Part shown: positions 1 to 9,438 of the stretch, one piece after another
How positions within the stretch are numbered: position 1 is the first letter of the stretch
How the letters are laid out: each line of letters begins with the position of its first letter
Assembly (NCBI GenBank): GCA_965205675.1
Contig: OZ242186.1
Location: 1,312,001 to 1,376,000, forward strand
Direction of reading: 5' to 3'
DNA length: 64,000 nt
DNA from: Nitrosopumilus sp.
GTDB lineage: Archaea; Thermoproteota; Nitrososphaeria; Nitrososphaerales; Nitrosopumilaceae
Position numbers and translations under genes: made by a program
The notes under the pieces: model-generated
The model's database searches: none
Seen by the model: only the letters and a program-made list of their open reading frames with translations
What the model was told of the DNA's origin: nothing

Positions 1-2
1 GC

Positions 3-992
3 TCTAACTGTGCCACAATTGATGGAATTCTCTTTACATGTGATCGTGACGCAGAGTTTGTCCTAATTGAGGACTCTGTAGGCGTTACCCATCACTCCGT
101 AGAGGTCTTTGTCAATTCGATAAATAATGACGGCTCAATATCAGTTGACTGGGGTGACATATCAGAAATCATACTCTATGAGGATCACCGCATATCTGTG
201 AATTCAAATGGTGCTGAGTGGAGCGTCAATACTTCGATACCGCACAGCATAGATGATGGCATAGTGCTGCGCCCCGATGTTGATGGCACGTATGAGGTAT
301 CAGTGGTATTCTCGCGCCCCGGATATGATACATTTGTACAGTCGCAGGACATAACAATACACAACAAGGTCTCACTGCACCTGAGGGCTACAACTACAGA
401 TGATGCAGACCTTGCAACGCAGGTAAGCATAGTCAATCTTGACGGAGAACACACGAGAATGACTCCTGGTCATTCCCAGATACTTCGCGGAGAAAACACG
501 ATTACGTTTCCAAAAAACATCCTGACAGAAGAGTCCGTAGGATATATCCTTGAACACATCGTGTGGAATTCGATATCGTACAATGATAATCATCTAAGCG
601 GTGTGATGTATGATTCTGCAAAGGTAACGGGCTTGTATCGGGAGGTCGTCAACATTGGTGTCACAAACGCGCTGGGTTCTGGAGTCTACGATGTGGGCGA
701 CACAGTCACACTGCGTGCTCCGGCACAGGACGTCGTATCATTTCTGATTCGTGATGTGTTAGATTACTGGACATTTGTTCCAGGGAATCACGACATACAC
801 TCTGATACCATATCATTTGCAGTATCAGAATCATTTCAGACGTCTGCGGTGTACAAGCAGGATTTCACAGGTCTCGTCATAGTTGTGGTGGGAGCATCAC
901 TTGTGATAATTGCATTAAAGCGCAGAAATGATTTGTTGGCGCTGATACGCCTAAAAAAGGATACAGATGGGGAGGGTGGGCTGAATGTATAG
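3..992 (+). CDS. Surface/membrane-anchored protein, 5' partial
   Basis: Frame is open from the window start. Beta-rich sequence with a C-terminal hydrophobic helix followed by KRR. Confidence 0.7.
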   Translation, partial: SNCATIDGILFTCDRDAEFVLIEDSVGVTHHSVEVFVNSINNDGSISVDWGDISEIILYEDHRISVNSNGAEWSVNTSIPHSIDDGIVLRPDVDGTYEVSVVFSRPGYDTFVQSQDITIHNKVSLHLRATTTDDADLATQVSIVNLDGEHTRMTPGHSQILRGENTITFPKNILTEESVGYILEHIVWNSISYNDNHLSGVMYDSAKVTGLYREVVNIGVTNALGSGVYDVGDTVTLRAPAQDVVSFLIRDVLDYWTFVPGNHDIHSDTISFAVSESFQTSAVYKQDFTGLVIVVVGASLVIIALKRRNDLLALIRLKKDTDGEGGLNV

Positions 993-3900
993 ACGACCCT
1001 CAAAGGACTATCTTACAATATCTGTAATGGTACTGGCAGCGTCAGTACTTGTGCTGACACATACATCTGGCAGTGCAGGGGCTTGGAGTTCACATAGCTG
1101 CCATCTCGGCATACAGCAGAAGGTATTTCCGGCATACTATGACGGAGAGATTAGGGAAAATCCTGATGGCACGTATTATCCAGGGGATGCATTTTATTTT
1201 TTATTTGTGTATCGTGAGGGGTCTCACTGCTCCGGGCACAGTCTAACGCTGAACCAGTACGGAAATGCAATGATTGTAGAGTCAAAACATACAATTCCTC
1301 TGACGAGGGAAGACCCTGGATTTAATTCTAAGCTGACTCGTACAGGCAAAGACATTCGCTTTAACTCGTATGACTGGCGTCTTGACTACACTGACTCTGA
1401 TAATGATCTCATAATACCTGAACATGTGCGCTTTAGAACGCCGTCCCTGTTTGGCTCTTTAGACAAGGAGCGACAGGAACTAATTCTGGAGAGGGGAAAT
1501 CATTCCGGCGGTGTCATGGAGCAGATACAACAATACTGTGAGAGCGGCAATAAAAAATGCGTATATGGACGTGTAGAGATTCTGGCAACAGATGATGTCA
1601 GCTCTTGTGACGAGTTCTTATTTGAGAACATCTCCCTTGAAGGTAAACGCATCATTGAAGAATATTCAAGGCAAGCCTCCCCCAACAGATCCACGGGCTG
1701 GAATTTTAATGACTGGGTCAACCCCCTCTTGCCCGGTCGACAGGAACCTGCATTTTATGATGGGCGGTATTCCGATGTAGAACTTTTCCAGGTTTATAGA
1801 TATCTTTCAGCATTTGACCTAATTAATAACACGTCATCAGAAGACTTTGATGAAGACGACGATACAAAGTTTGTCAGCATGCGCAAGCCAACTCACCGCG
1901 CCTCTGAGGAGTACAAGAAATTATACAACAGATACATCACCATCGACTCCATTGTAACACCTAATGTCATAACTTCAAAGTTTGCAGATAATTACAAGGC
2001 ATTTTTGGATACTGAACTTTCTGACGAGAAGATATTCTGTGTTGACAATCCTACGAAAATTGAACTTAAGCTTTCTGCGACATATCAACGGCACGACACC
2101 GACAAATACGGCGAGAGGATACACGTATCATTTCAGAAAATAAAGACATCTACTATTCTACCAGATGTCCTTGATCCTAAATTTGACATACTCTTCAAGT
2201 ATCCTGCACTGCTTGATTCTGATGCATTGCCTGCAAAGAACAACGACGGCACATATTACACAGATGATCCCGCAGCAGTGGTAAGATATCCTGATGTGTT
2301 GTGGGCAGAAGAACGCTGGCCGCTTATTACATTTACAGAACATGACCTGAGTCTCTCAAGATTCATTCAGAATCATTTTTCACATGATTGCGACGATGCA
2401 AGATGTCTGGTCAATATGACATATCCCGGGATATATCACCAGAACCCGATTTCATATGTAAACGGGTACGGGTCAGATGTCTTCTCCATACATAACACTG
2501 CAAGGATTGGAGAGTATATCCCGACATATAATATGAGCATGTATAACCTGGGAGATGAGGTAGCCTCTGATGTCTCATCGGGGTATCTGTTGTTTGTGAA
2601 ATATCTGCCCGTGCTTTCTGCAATTCATAGCTGGTCCAATCTCGACGATGGGGGAAATACGTCCCTTGAGAACAGGAATGCCCTGGGGATACAATACGAC
2701 GGATCTATCGGTGGCGGTCCTAATGATGGCACAGAATCCCTGCATCCGCAAAGAAGGGCAAAACTAAATCACATCTCATATAATGCAAGCCTCTCAGATG
2801 GCTTTCAGACAGTTATAGCAGAGTCGTATAACGGTACAATCACAAATGTGAATGACATTCAGAATATGAGCATCTATCCATCAGTGTCCCAGCTCATACC
2901 CGCACATCTTGCACTCTCCGGAGAGTCATATCAGGGGGAATCGCTGATGAGTCCTTTGTACAACAACACTGCCATCGTATTTTACAGCCAAGGACACTCT
3001 AGAATTCTGATTGCATCTGATCTGCCAGAAGAACTCGTAGATGACGGCTTTGTGGGTGTGGCAGTAAACCATACTCTCTCAAGCGTGGACTTTGCCGGAA
3101 TCCCCACGACCCATCTGGGCAACCACACATACCAGTATCCGTTTGGGTATTTTTCAACGCCGTTGAATCTTACCGCATATGTAGTATCATCAGAGACCGG
3201 CTCTACTGCACACTGTGATGAACAATCGGATTTTATCTGCGTGCCAAAAGACATCATACACAATGACATTGATTATGAGACTCAGATAGGCGATGTCTCA
3301 TTTGCAACGAATCGGGAAAAATCCTTTCTTGGCTTTCCGGAATTTTTAATTCACAGTCACAGGGCAAACGACATTCCCGAGCCCTTTTCGATAATGATAC
3401 TATCTGATGTATACAAGTTTAACACTCCGCAGAATCTTGATGCGTCAACTGGCGTGGTGCTGCTCAACAAGACTGGGATTCACTATGACCTGAAATATGC
3501 AAATGACTGGATAGACTTTGAGCTTGATGGGGTACAAAGAGACATCACAGATGCTGCAAACCATGTGCCCTTTAATTCCACAATAGGTGAGGCTATTAAT
3601 TATACCAGCACCGTATCTGATGAGGATCTTTTGCAGCAGAGTTATGAGGATTTTTTTACATCGTATATGGTTCATGATGTAACCATATCTGCCAAGCGCA
3701 ATGAACTTGAGAAAACAAATGTGGTGGAGATGAATCCCGCAGGTAAACAAATAGTACACTATAGAATAAACATGCATCCTGAGAATCATCTGGAGCATAC
3801 CCGAACATCAATGATGCTTGGAACATCGGCAACAGAGTATTTTGGAGACGGTTATGAGGTGTATGTCGACGGGCAGCATTTCCCAAAACAGGGCCAGTTT

Positions 3901-4161
3901 AGCAGATATGACAATAACGTATGTTCCGGCAATGAATGTGCGGTGAGGTTGGGACATGAAGACCCCGTAGATGTCACAGCAGAGAACATCTGGGGCGGAC
4001 GGGCACAAGGCAAGGGAGTCGCGCCTCCTGATATTCCGGACTTTGAGATGGACTGGGATTTGGCGTCTTTCAGATTCTTGTACATTGGAGCAGGCATTAT
4101 TGCAGTAATGCTTGGATATGTCTTTGTGAAAAAATTTGCAAAGTCATTTTCGAGTAAATGA
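985..4161 (+). CDS. Large secreted, C-terminally anchored surface protein (1058 aa)
   Basis: N-terminal signal-like helix and C-terminal TM plus KK. Internal repeat NPDGTYYPGD/NNDGTYYTDD. Overlaps the upstream gene. Confidence 0.75.
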   Translation: MYRRPSKDYLTISVMVLAASVLVLTHTSGSAGAWSSHSCHLGIQQKVFPAYYDGEIRENPDGTYYPGDAFYFLFVYREGSHCSGHSLTLNQYGNAMIVESKHTIPLTREDPGFNSKLTRTGKDIRFNSYDWRLDYTDSDNDLIIPEHVRFRTPSLFGSLDKERQELILERGNHSGGVMEQIQQYCESGNKKCVYGRVEILATDDVSSCDEFLFENISLEGKRIIEEYSRQASPNRSTGWNFNDWVNPLLPGRQEPAFYDGRYSDVELFQVYRYLSAFDLINNTSSEDFDEDDDTKFVSMRKPTHRASEEYKKLYNRYITIDSIVTPNVITSKFADNYKAFLDTELSDEKIFCVDNPTKIELKLSATYQRHDTDKYGERIHVSFQKIKTSTILPDVLDPKFDILFKYPALLDSDALPAKNNDGTYYTDDPAAVVRYPDVLWAEERWPLITFTEHDLSLSRFIQNHFSHDCDDARCLVNMTYPGIYHQNPISYVNGYGSDVFSIHNTARIGEYIPTYNMSMYNLGDEVASDVSSGYLLFVKYLPVLSAIHSWSNLDDGGNTSLENRNALGIQYDGSIGGGPNDGTESLHPQRRAKLNHISYNASLSDGFQTVIAESYNGTITNVNDIQNMSIYPSVSQLIPAHLALSGESYQGESLMSPLYNNTAIVFYSQGHSRILIASDLPEELVDDGFVGVAVNHTLSSVDFAGIPTTHLGNHTYQYPFGYFSTPLNLTAYVVSSETGSTAHCDEQSDFICVPKDIIHNDIDYETQIGDVSFATNREKSFLGFPEFLIHSHRANDIPEPFSIMILSDVYKFNTPQNLDASTGVVLLNKTGIHYDLKYANDWIDFELDGVQRDITDAANHVPFNSTIGEAINYTSTVSDEDLLQQSYEDFFTSYMVHDVTISAKRNELEKTNVVEMNPAGKQIVHYRINMHPENHLEHTRTSMMLGTSATEYFGDGYEVYVDGQHFPKQGQFSRYDNNVCSGNECAVRLGHEDPVDVTAENIWGGRAQGKGVAPPDIPDFEMDWDLASFRFLYIGAGIIAVMLGYVFVKKFAKSFSSK

Positions 4162-4270
4162 TTTGGTGATAACTGGAATGGACGTTGGGATTGGTCATAG
4201 ATGAGTTCAAAACGGTTTGAGGATCTGGTTTTTGAAAACCATTAAACGTAACGCGATATAAAAAGTAAAA

Positions 4271-6739
4271 ATGAGTGCGATAGTTGAGAACATCTCAAGT
4301 TATACTGATATTGTGCGGCTGCAAATAGGTAAAAAACTAGATGTGGATAAATCCGAACTGGAACAATATTTCTCAAGTGCTTCACTTTCCAGACTGATGG
4401 CATCCATGATGAGTTATAGCGGCAAGGAGATCAGTATCTTGGATCCCGGAGCTGGTGTGGGTTCTCTGTTTGTTGCATGTGTCGACGAGATGATTCGTCT
4501 GGGCTTGCGGCCAAAAAAGATTTCAATCACTGCATATGAGATTGACAAATCCCTGTGCAATCACATCGGGGATTCTCTAAAGCGATGCAGGATGTTGTGT
4601 GAAAGAAATGGCATCGAATTTGCGTCAGAGCTGATAAAGAGGGATTTTATCGCAGACTCGGCTATTAATTTAAAAAACAATAATGCCGGAGAGTTTAGCC
4701 ACATCATCCTAAATCCTCCCTACAAAAAAATAAACACATTTTCTAAAACGTATCACATTCTAAATGAATTAAACCTGCAATCCCCAAATTTGTATACTGC
4801 GTTTGTAGCATTATCAGAAAAGATGCTGCAAGATGGCGGGGAACTGGTGTTTATCACTCCACGAAGTTTTTGCAATGGTGCATACTTTCAGTCATTTAGG
4901 AAAAAATTCCTAGCGTCAATGAACATAAAAAGAATCCATCTGTTTGATTCTAGAACCAAACCGTTTCAGGATGATGATATATTGCAAGAGAACATAATTG
5001 TCCATGCGATAAAAAATAAAACCGTCAGGAATATTCTTATTTCATCTAATTCCAGTTCAAGTGATGAGAACACTGTCGTAAAACACCTCAAAAAAGAACA
5101 TGTTCTTCATCCTGATGATCCACAACATTTTATTCACATAGTGTTTGATGAGATGGGTATCATTATTTCTGATAAAATCAGACAGTTAAAATCAACTTTG
5201 AAAGACCTTGGCATTGACGTATCTACTGGCAAGGTAGTTGATTTTAGAATTTCAGATGCGTTAAGATATGAGAAAAATCCCAATACCGTTCCACTGCTTC
5301 GTCCGTTTAATCTCTCAAACGGACATATAAAATTTCCAGTAAAAAATAAAAAAGAAAATCATATCGAGAACACAAAGCAATCGCACGGTCTTTTGGTAAA
5401 AAATGGCAACTATGTTCTTGTAAAACGATTCAGTGCAAAAGAAGAAAGGCGGAGAATAATCGCATCGGTGTTGGGCGTGACTGACTTTGATTATGCTGTG
5501 TTGGGATTTGAAAATAGAATTAATTATTTTCACAGTAATGGGAAAAGTTTGGATGTAAAAATTGCAAAAGGGCTGTCATTGTTTCTCAATTCAACCGCTG
5601 TAGATTTGTATTTCAGGCAGTTTAATGGAAATACACAGGTTAATGCAACTGATCTGAGGTACATCAGATATCCTACACACAATCAGCTAAGAAACCTGGC
5701 AAGTGAGAATACTCATAAATATCTGACACAAAAGCAAATTGATGATCTAGTTGAAAAGGTGTTATTTGGTGTGGATAAAAAATTAGATGATCCCCTAGCT
5801 GGCAAACAAAAGATTGATGAGGCAATTGACATTTTAAAGCAGATGGGCTTTCCCAAACAGCAACAAAATGACAGATCAGCCCTGACACTATTGGCATTGC
5901 TGAATCTAAAGCCCGAGGATTCGTGGAAAAAATCAAAAGCATCTTTAGTTGGCATCACTCCGATGATGAACTCTTTTGAAAAAAATTACGGCAAAAAATA
6001 TGCTCCAAACAGCAGAGAGACAGTCCGAAGATATACAATTCATCAATTTTTACAGGCAGGGTTGGTCGTTGAAAATCCTGACAAACCAGACAGACCTACA
6101 AACAGTGGAAAAACGGTATATGAAATTAATGAAGAATCCCTAAGACTGATTCAAAAGTATGGTTCGCCAAAATGGCAAGAATCCCTGACACGATACAAAA
6201 AAGCAACGCCTTCATTAAAAGAGCAACATTCAAAGCAACGCCAGATGCAATTAATTCCACTTCAGATACCTGATGGAAAATCTTTAAAGTTGTCTGCAGG
6301 CGGTCAGAATATTTTAGTCAAAAAGATATATGATGACTTTTGTTCACGTTTCACTCCTGGTGGAATTCCATTATACATCGGAGATACACGAAAAAAGTTC
6401 ATCTATTATGACAAAGATTGGCTAAAAAAACTCAATATAGTAATTGATCCTCATGGAAAAATACCTGATGCTGTAATTTTTTATCCTGAAAAAAAATGGC
6501 TGGTTCTAATTGAAGCCGTTACCACCCATGGACCTATAGATCCCACACGCAGAAAGGAGTTGGAAAAACTATTTTCCAAATCCAAAGTCGGATTAGTCTA
6601 TGTTACAGCATTTTTGGATTTTCATACGTTCAAAAAATATTTTGAATGTATTTCTTGGGAATCTGAGGTGTGGATTGCAGAACACCCCTCACACATGATT
6701 CATTTTAACGGTTCGAGATTTTTAGGTCCATACAACTAA
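4271..6739 (+). CDS. Fused N6-adenine DNA methyltransferase / BsuBI-PstI-family restriction endonuclease
   Basis: MTase motifs LDPGAGVG and NPPY. C-terminal half has BsuBI/PstI-type motifs (NDRSALTLLALL, YAPNSRETVRR, HGKIPD, IEAVTTHGP, HMIHFNGSRFLGPY). Confidence 0.88.
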   Translation: MSAIVENISSYTDIVRLQIGKKLDVDKSELEQYFSSASLSRLMASMMSYSGKEISILDPGAGVGSLFVACVDEMIRLGLRPKKISITAYEIDKSLCNHIGDSLKRCRMLCERNGIEFASELIKRDFIADSAINLKNNNAGEFSHIILNPPYKKINTFSKTYHILNELNLQSPNLYTAFVALSEKMLQDGGELVFITPRSFCNGAYFQSFRKKFLASMNIKRIHLFDSRTKPFQDDDILQENIIVHAIKNKTVRNILISSNSSSSDENTVVKHLKKEHVLHPDDPQHFIHIVFDEMGIIISDKIRQLKSTLKDLGIDVSTGKVVDFRISDALRYEKNPNTVPLLRPFNLSNGHIKFPVKNKKENHIENTKQSHGLLVKNGNYVLVKRFSAKEERRRIIASVLGVTDFDYAVLGFENRINYFHSNGKSLDVKIAKGLSLFLNSTAVDLYFRQFNGNTQVNATDLRYIRYPTHNQLRNLASENTHKYLTQKQIDDLVEKVLFGVDKKLDDPLAGKQKIDEAIDILKQMGFPKQQQNDRSALTLLALLNLKPEDSWKKSKASLVGITPMMNSFEKNYGKKYAPNSRETVRRYTIHQFLQAGLVVENPDKPDRPTNSGKTVYEINEESLRLIQKYGSPKWQESLTRYKKATPSLKEQHSKQRQMQLIPLQIPDGKSLKLSAGGQNILVKKIYDDFCSRFTPGGIPLYIGDTRKKFIYYDKDWLKKLNIVIDPHGKIPDAVIFYPEKKWLVLIEAVTTHGPIDPTRRKELEKLFSKSKVGLVYVTAFLDFHTFKKYFECISWESEVWIAEHPSHMIHFNGSRFLGPYN

Positions 6740-7150
6740 AACTCGTATTTTTTACATCTGGGTTCTATCCAAATTTGTGGTGTTGTTGATTAAATGATTG
6801 TTAGTTTGTGATCTGAGTTGAGTTACTTTCCCATCTACTGTAAATCTTTGTTTGCAATCTTTTATGAGAATGATGACACTGTATCACAAAAAACGGGCTT
6901 TAACTAGAACCGCTCCATGACATCCCATGAAACATCATGATGCATTTTTAAAAATATGTGACAGGGCAGGTCACTCCCCAGAAAACATCGCAGGGAAGAT
7001 AAAAAACCTTGGTGACGGAGAGTCATTACAATACGGCATATGTCAAATAACCAGACATCATACCAAAAGACACAAGGGAAGAACCCTCTACATGCTCTCA
7101 CTGCACTCTCAGGGCAAGATGATCACAAAAGCCCTGATGGACATACGATA

Positions 7151-7552
7151 ATGATTCTGACAAAAGAACACCTGATAATTTTCGGTTCAGTTGGAATAAT
7201 TGGTGCGGCAGTTGTTGCATTACTGATATCTGATTTTGTCGAGTCAACTGATACGTTTGGAACTGATGTCTCAGTTGCAGCAGACATTGCAGATGATCTC
7301 ATAGTGTTACAGTATACAATATTTAACACAGGGCAGACAGAGATTGAATCAGTCTCAGTCAGTGCCATCTGCTGTGGCTTCTCAAAGGGATATGATGATT
7401 TGATTGCACCAGGGAACCGTATCGCAGATACCGTATACCTAAAGGCAGCAGACTATTCTCCTGCACGTGGCGATGTGATACTAGTAGAGTTTCTCATATC
7501 TGATATCGAATCAAACTCTGATGCATTTGTAAGGAAGATAATACTTCGATGA
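7151..7552 (+). CDS. Small membrane-anchored pilin-like/Ig-like protein
   Basis: N-terminal TM then beta-rich domain with IFNTG, similar in layout to the pilin at 19369-19842. ATG 7151 preferred over 7040. Confidence 0.55.
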   Translation: MILTKEHLIIFGSVGIIGAAVVALLISDFVESTDTFGTDVSVAADIADDLIVLQYTIFNTGQTEIESVSVSAICCGFSKGYDDLIAPGNRIADTVYLKAADYSPARGDVILVEFLISDIESNSDAFVRKIILR

Positions 7553-7566
7553 CGACAAATTATGCC

Positions 7567-7578
7567 CTTTAAATTCAA
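7567..7578 (+). promoter_or_regulatory. TATA-box promoter motif CTTTAAATTCAA
   Basis: Starts 30 nt upstream of the VirB4-like start codon. Identical 12-mer at 12074 and 23945 (minus strand). Confidence 0.6.
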
Positions 7579-7596
7579 TATGCACTGGCATGGTCA

Positions 7597-9438
7597 GTGT
7601 CTGCGAAATCAAAAAAGCCTGCAAAGTCATGGTCCCTTGATGCGCTAAACATACTGTATGCATCAGACAAGAACATAAACGGCACAACTGAGCTTGACTC
7701 GATTCTATCGCGGTACTGTGATGTGATAAACGGCGTCTCAGAACCATTAGTGATTGATATGGTCGCAGATACTGAACTGATGATGTTTCACAAGACCCAG
7801 AAACTGTGCAAATTCGACAAGGTAATATTTACCACGACACAGGACATGACGAGTCTCTTCACTGGGGCATCGTTTGGATACTCTCAAACAGATTCCCGGA
7901 AATGGGATATCCTCAAAGAGTATCCTGATTCATTGCTTCTTGCAGACGGGATGCACTGTAAAATGTATACCCTAACTAACATGCATTCCTCATTGCCTCC
8001 CGGCTGGGCATATGGTTTGTACTCTGATGCGGATTTTCTGCGAATTTTCATAAACCCCATTTCTGCTGCAAAACACCAAAATGTTATTAATTCACACAAG
8101 TCAGTCCAGAGAACAAAGAGCTCGGCTGAGGAGATGTATCAGGTAGATGATATTACAGAGATAAGAGACCGCGTGATGAGTCAAAAGACGGACAATCTGT
8201 TTTCAGTGACAATCAATGCCGGAATTCTCGGAGTTGACATGCAGACTCTTAGAAAAAAATGTGCTGCCTTTGAGATGATAGATGCCAAGAACAGAAACGG
8301 AATGTACTCTATGAAGTATGGTCAGTCAAAGTTTCTCAACGGCATGGGACAAAGAATGTTGATGTGCAAAAGCTCAATGCCTGCACTCGTGCCATTTCAT
8401 ACGTCGGAGCTAAACGAGGAAGGTGGAGTACTGATTGGAGAAAACACAAAGACTGCAAACCCAGTACAATGGAACATAAATCATAGGCTGAATCGTAATA
8501 CGGTAATTGCTGCTACTTCAGGCTCTGGAAAGACAACGCTTGCAATGCTTATCATTCACGCATTTGAAAGGATGTATCCTGATACGTTTATCTTTGTAAT
8601 TGATCCAGAGTCCGAATACAAGGCGTTATCAGATAATATGGGATTTCAATACATTAGCTATTCAAGCGGCACCAAGCTCGGATTTGATGTTTTTAAGATG
8701 GTTGCAGACCCGGTATCTGCTGCTGAGACACTCTGTGACGTACTAAATGTGCCACAGATAAACCGTGCAATGGTTTTACATGCCGCATCAAAGATTGCAA
8801 CAGATGAGGACCGAGACTTTTTCAAATTCTATGATGAGTTAAAGAATCTTGAATCAGGCAAGACAGATAATCTTGCATCAGAGTATTTTGGCATACTGGC
8901 ACATCCTCCATTTGATGAGCTGATTCGAGGCAGTCCCCCAAAAAACAACAAGATAGTACTGTCATTAAAAAACATCGGAAGTGCAGCCGGTTCTGTCCAG
9001 AGAATAATTACACAGATAGCACTAGCGTATGCGCTTGGCAAGTCTCTCTCGATGCCGAAGATGACACCAAAACTCTTCATGTTAGATGAGGTGTGGATGC
9101 TCTTACAGCATGATACTCTTGGCAACTACATCCAAAATCTCTCGCGTCGTGGACGAAAATACAACATCAACCTGATGCTTGCAAGCCAAAACATTGAGGA
9201 CATGACTGATAATCCCTCTGCAAGAAACGTGCTTGTAAATAGCGACACTGTCATGTTTTTGAGACAGTCTGAGGCTACACTGAAGGCACTTGTGGAGAAC
9301 TTTACCCTCTCATCTACTGCTGCAACTGATCTGATGAACCTCAAGCGCGGACAGGCAATCATAAAGTATGGCAGTCATATGGTGCCAGTGGATATTCTTC
9401 CCGACAAGGAGCAGCTAGAGATGTTTAGGGCACGATAA
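7597..9438 (+). CDS. VirB4-like conjugative transfer ATPase
   Basis: Walker A ATSGSGKT, VIDPESEY, Walker B FMLDEVW, RRGRKYNI..ASQ, C-terminal GQAII. Confidence 0.85.
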   Translation: MSAKSKKPAKSWSLDALNILYASDKNINGTTELDSILSRYCDVINGVSEPLVIDMVADTELMMFHKTQKLCKFDKVIFTTTQDMTSLFTGASFGYSQTDSRKWDILKEYPDSLLLADGMHCKMYTLTNMHSSLPPGWAYGLYSDADFLRIFINPISAAKHQNVINSHKSVQRTKSSAEEMYQVDDITEIRDRVMSQKTDNLFSVTINAGILGVDMQTLRKKCAAFEMIDAKNRNGMYSMKYGQSKFLNGMGQRMLMCKSSMPALVPFHTSELNEEGGVLIGENTKTANPVQWNINHRLNRNTVIAATSGSGKTTLAMLIIHAFERMYPDTFIFVIDPESEYKALSDNMGFQYISYSSGTKLGFDVFKMVADPVSAAETLCDVLNVPQINRAMVLHAASKIATDEDRDFFKFYDELKNLESGKTDNLASEYFGILAHPPFDELIRGSPPKNNKIVLSLKNIGSAAGSVQRIITQIALAYALGKSLSMPKMTPKLFMLDEVWMLLQHDTLGNYIQNLSRRGRKYNINLMLASQNIEDMTDNPSARNVLVNSDTVMFLRQSEATLKALVENFTLSSTAATDLMNLKRGQAIIKYGSHMVPVDILPDKEQLEMFRAR

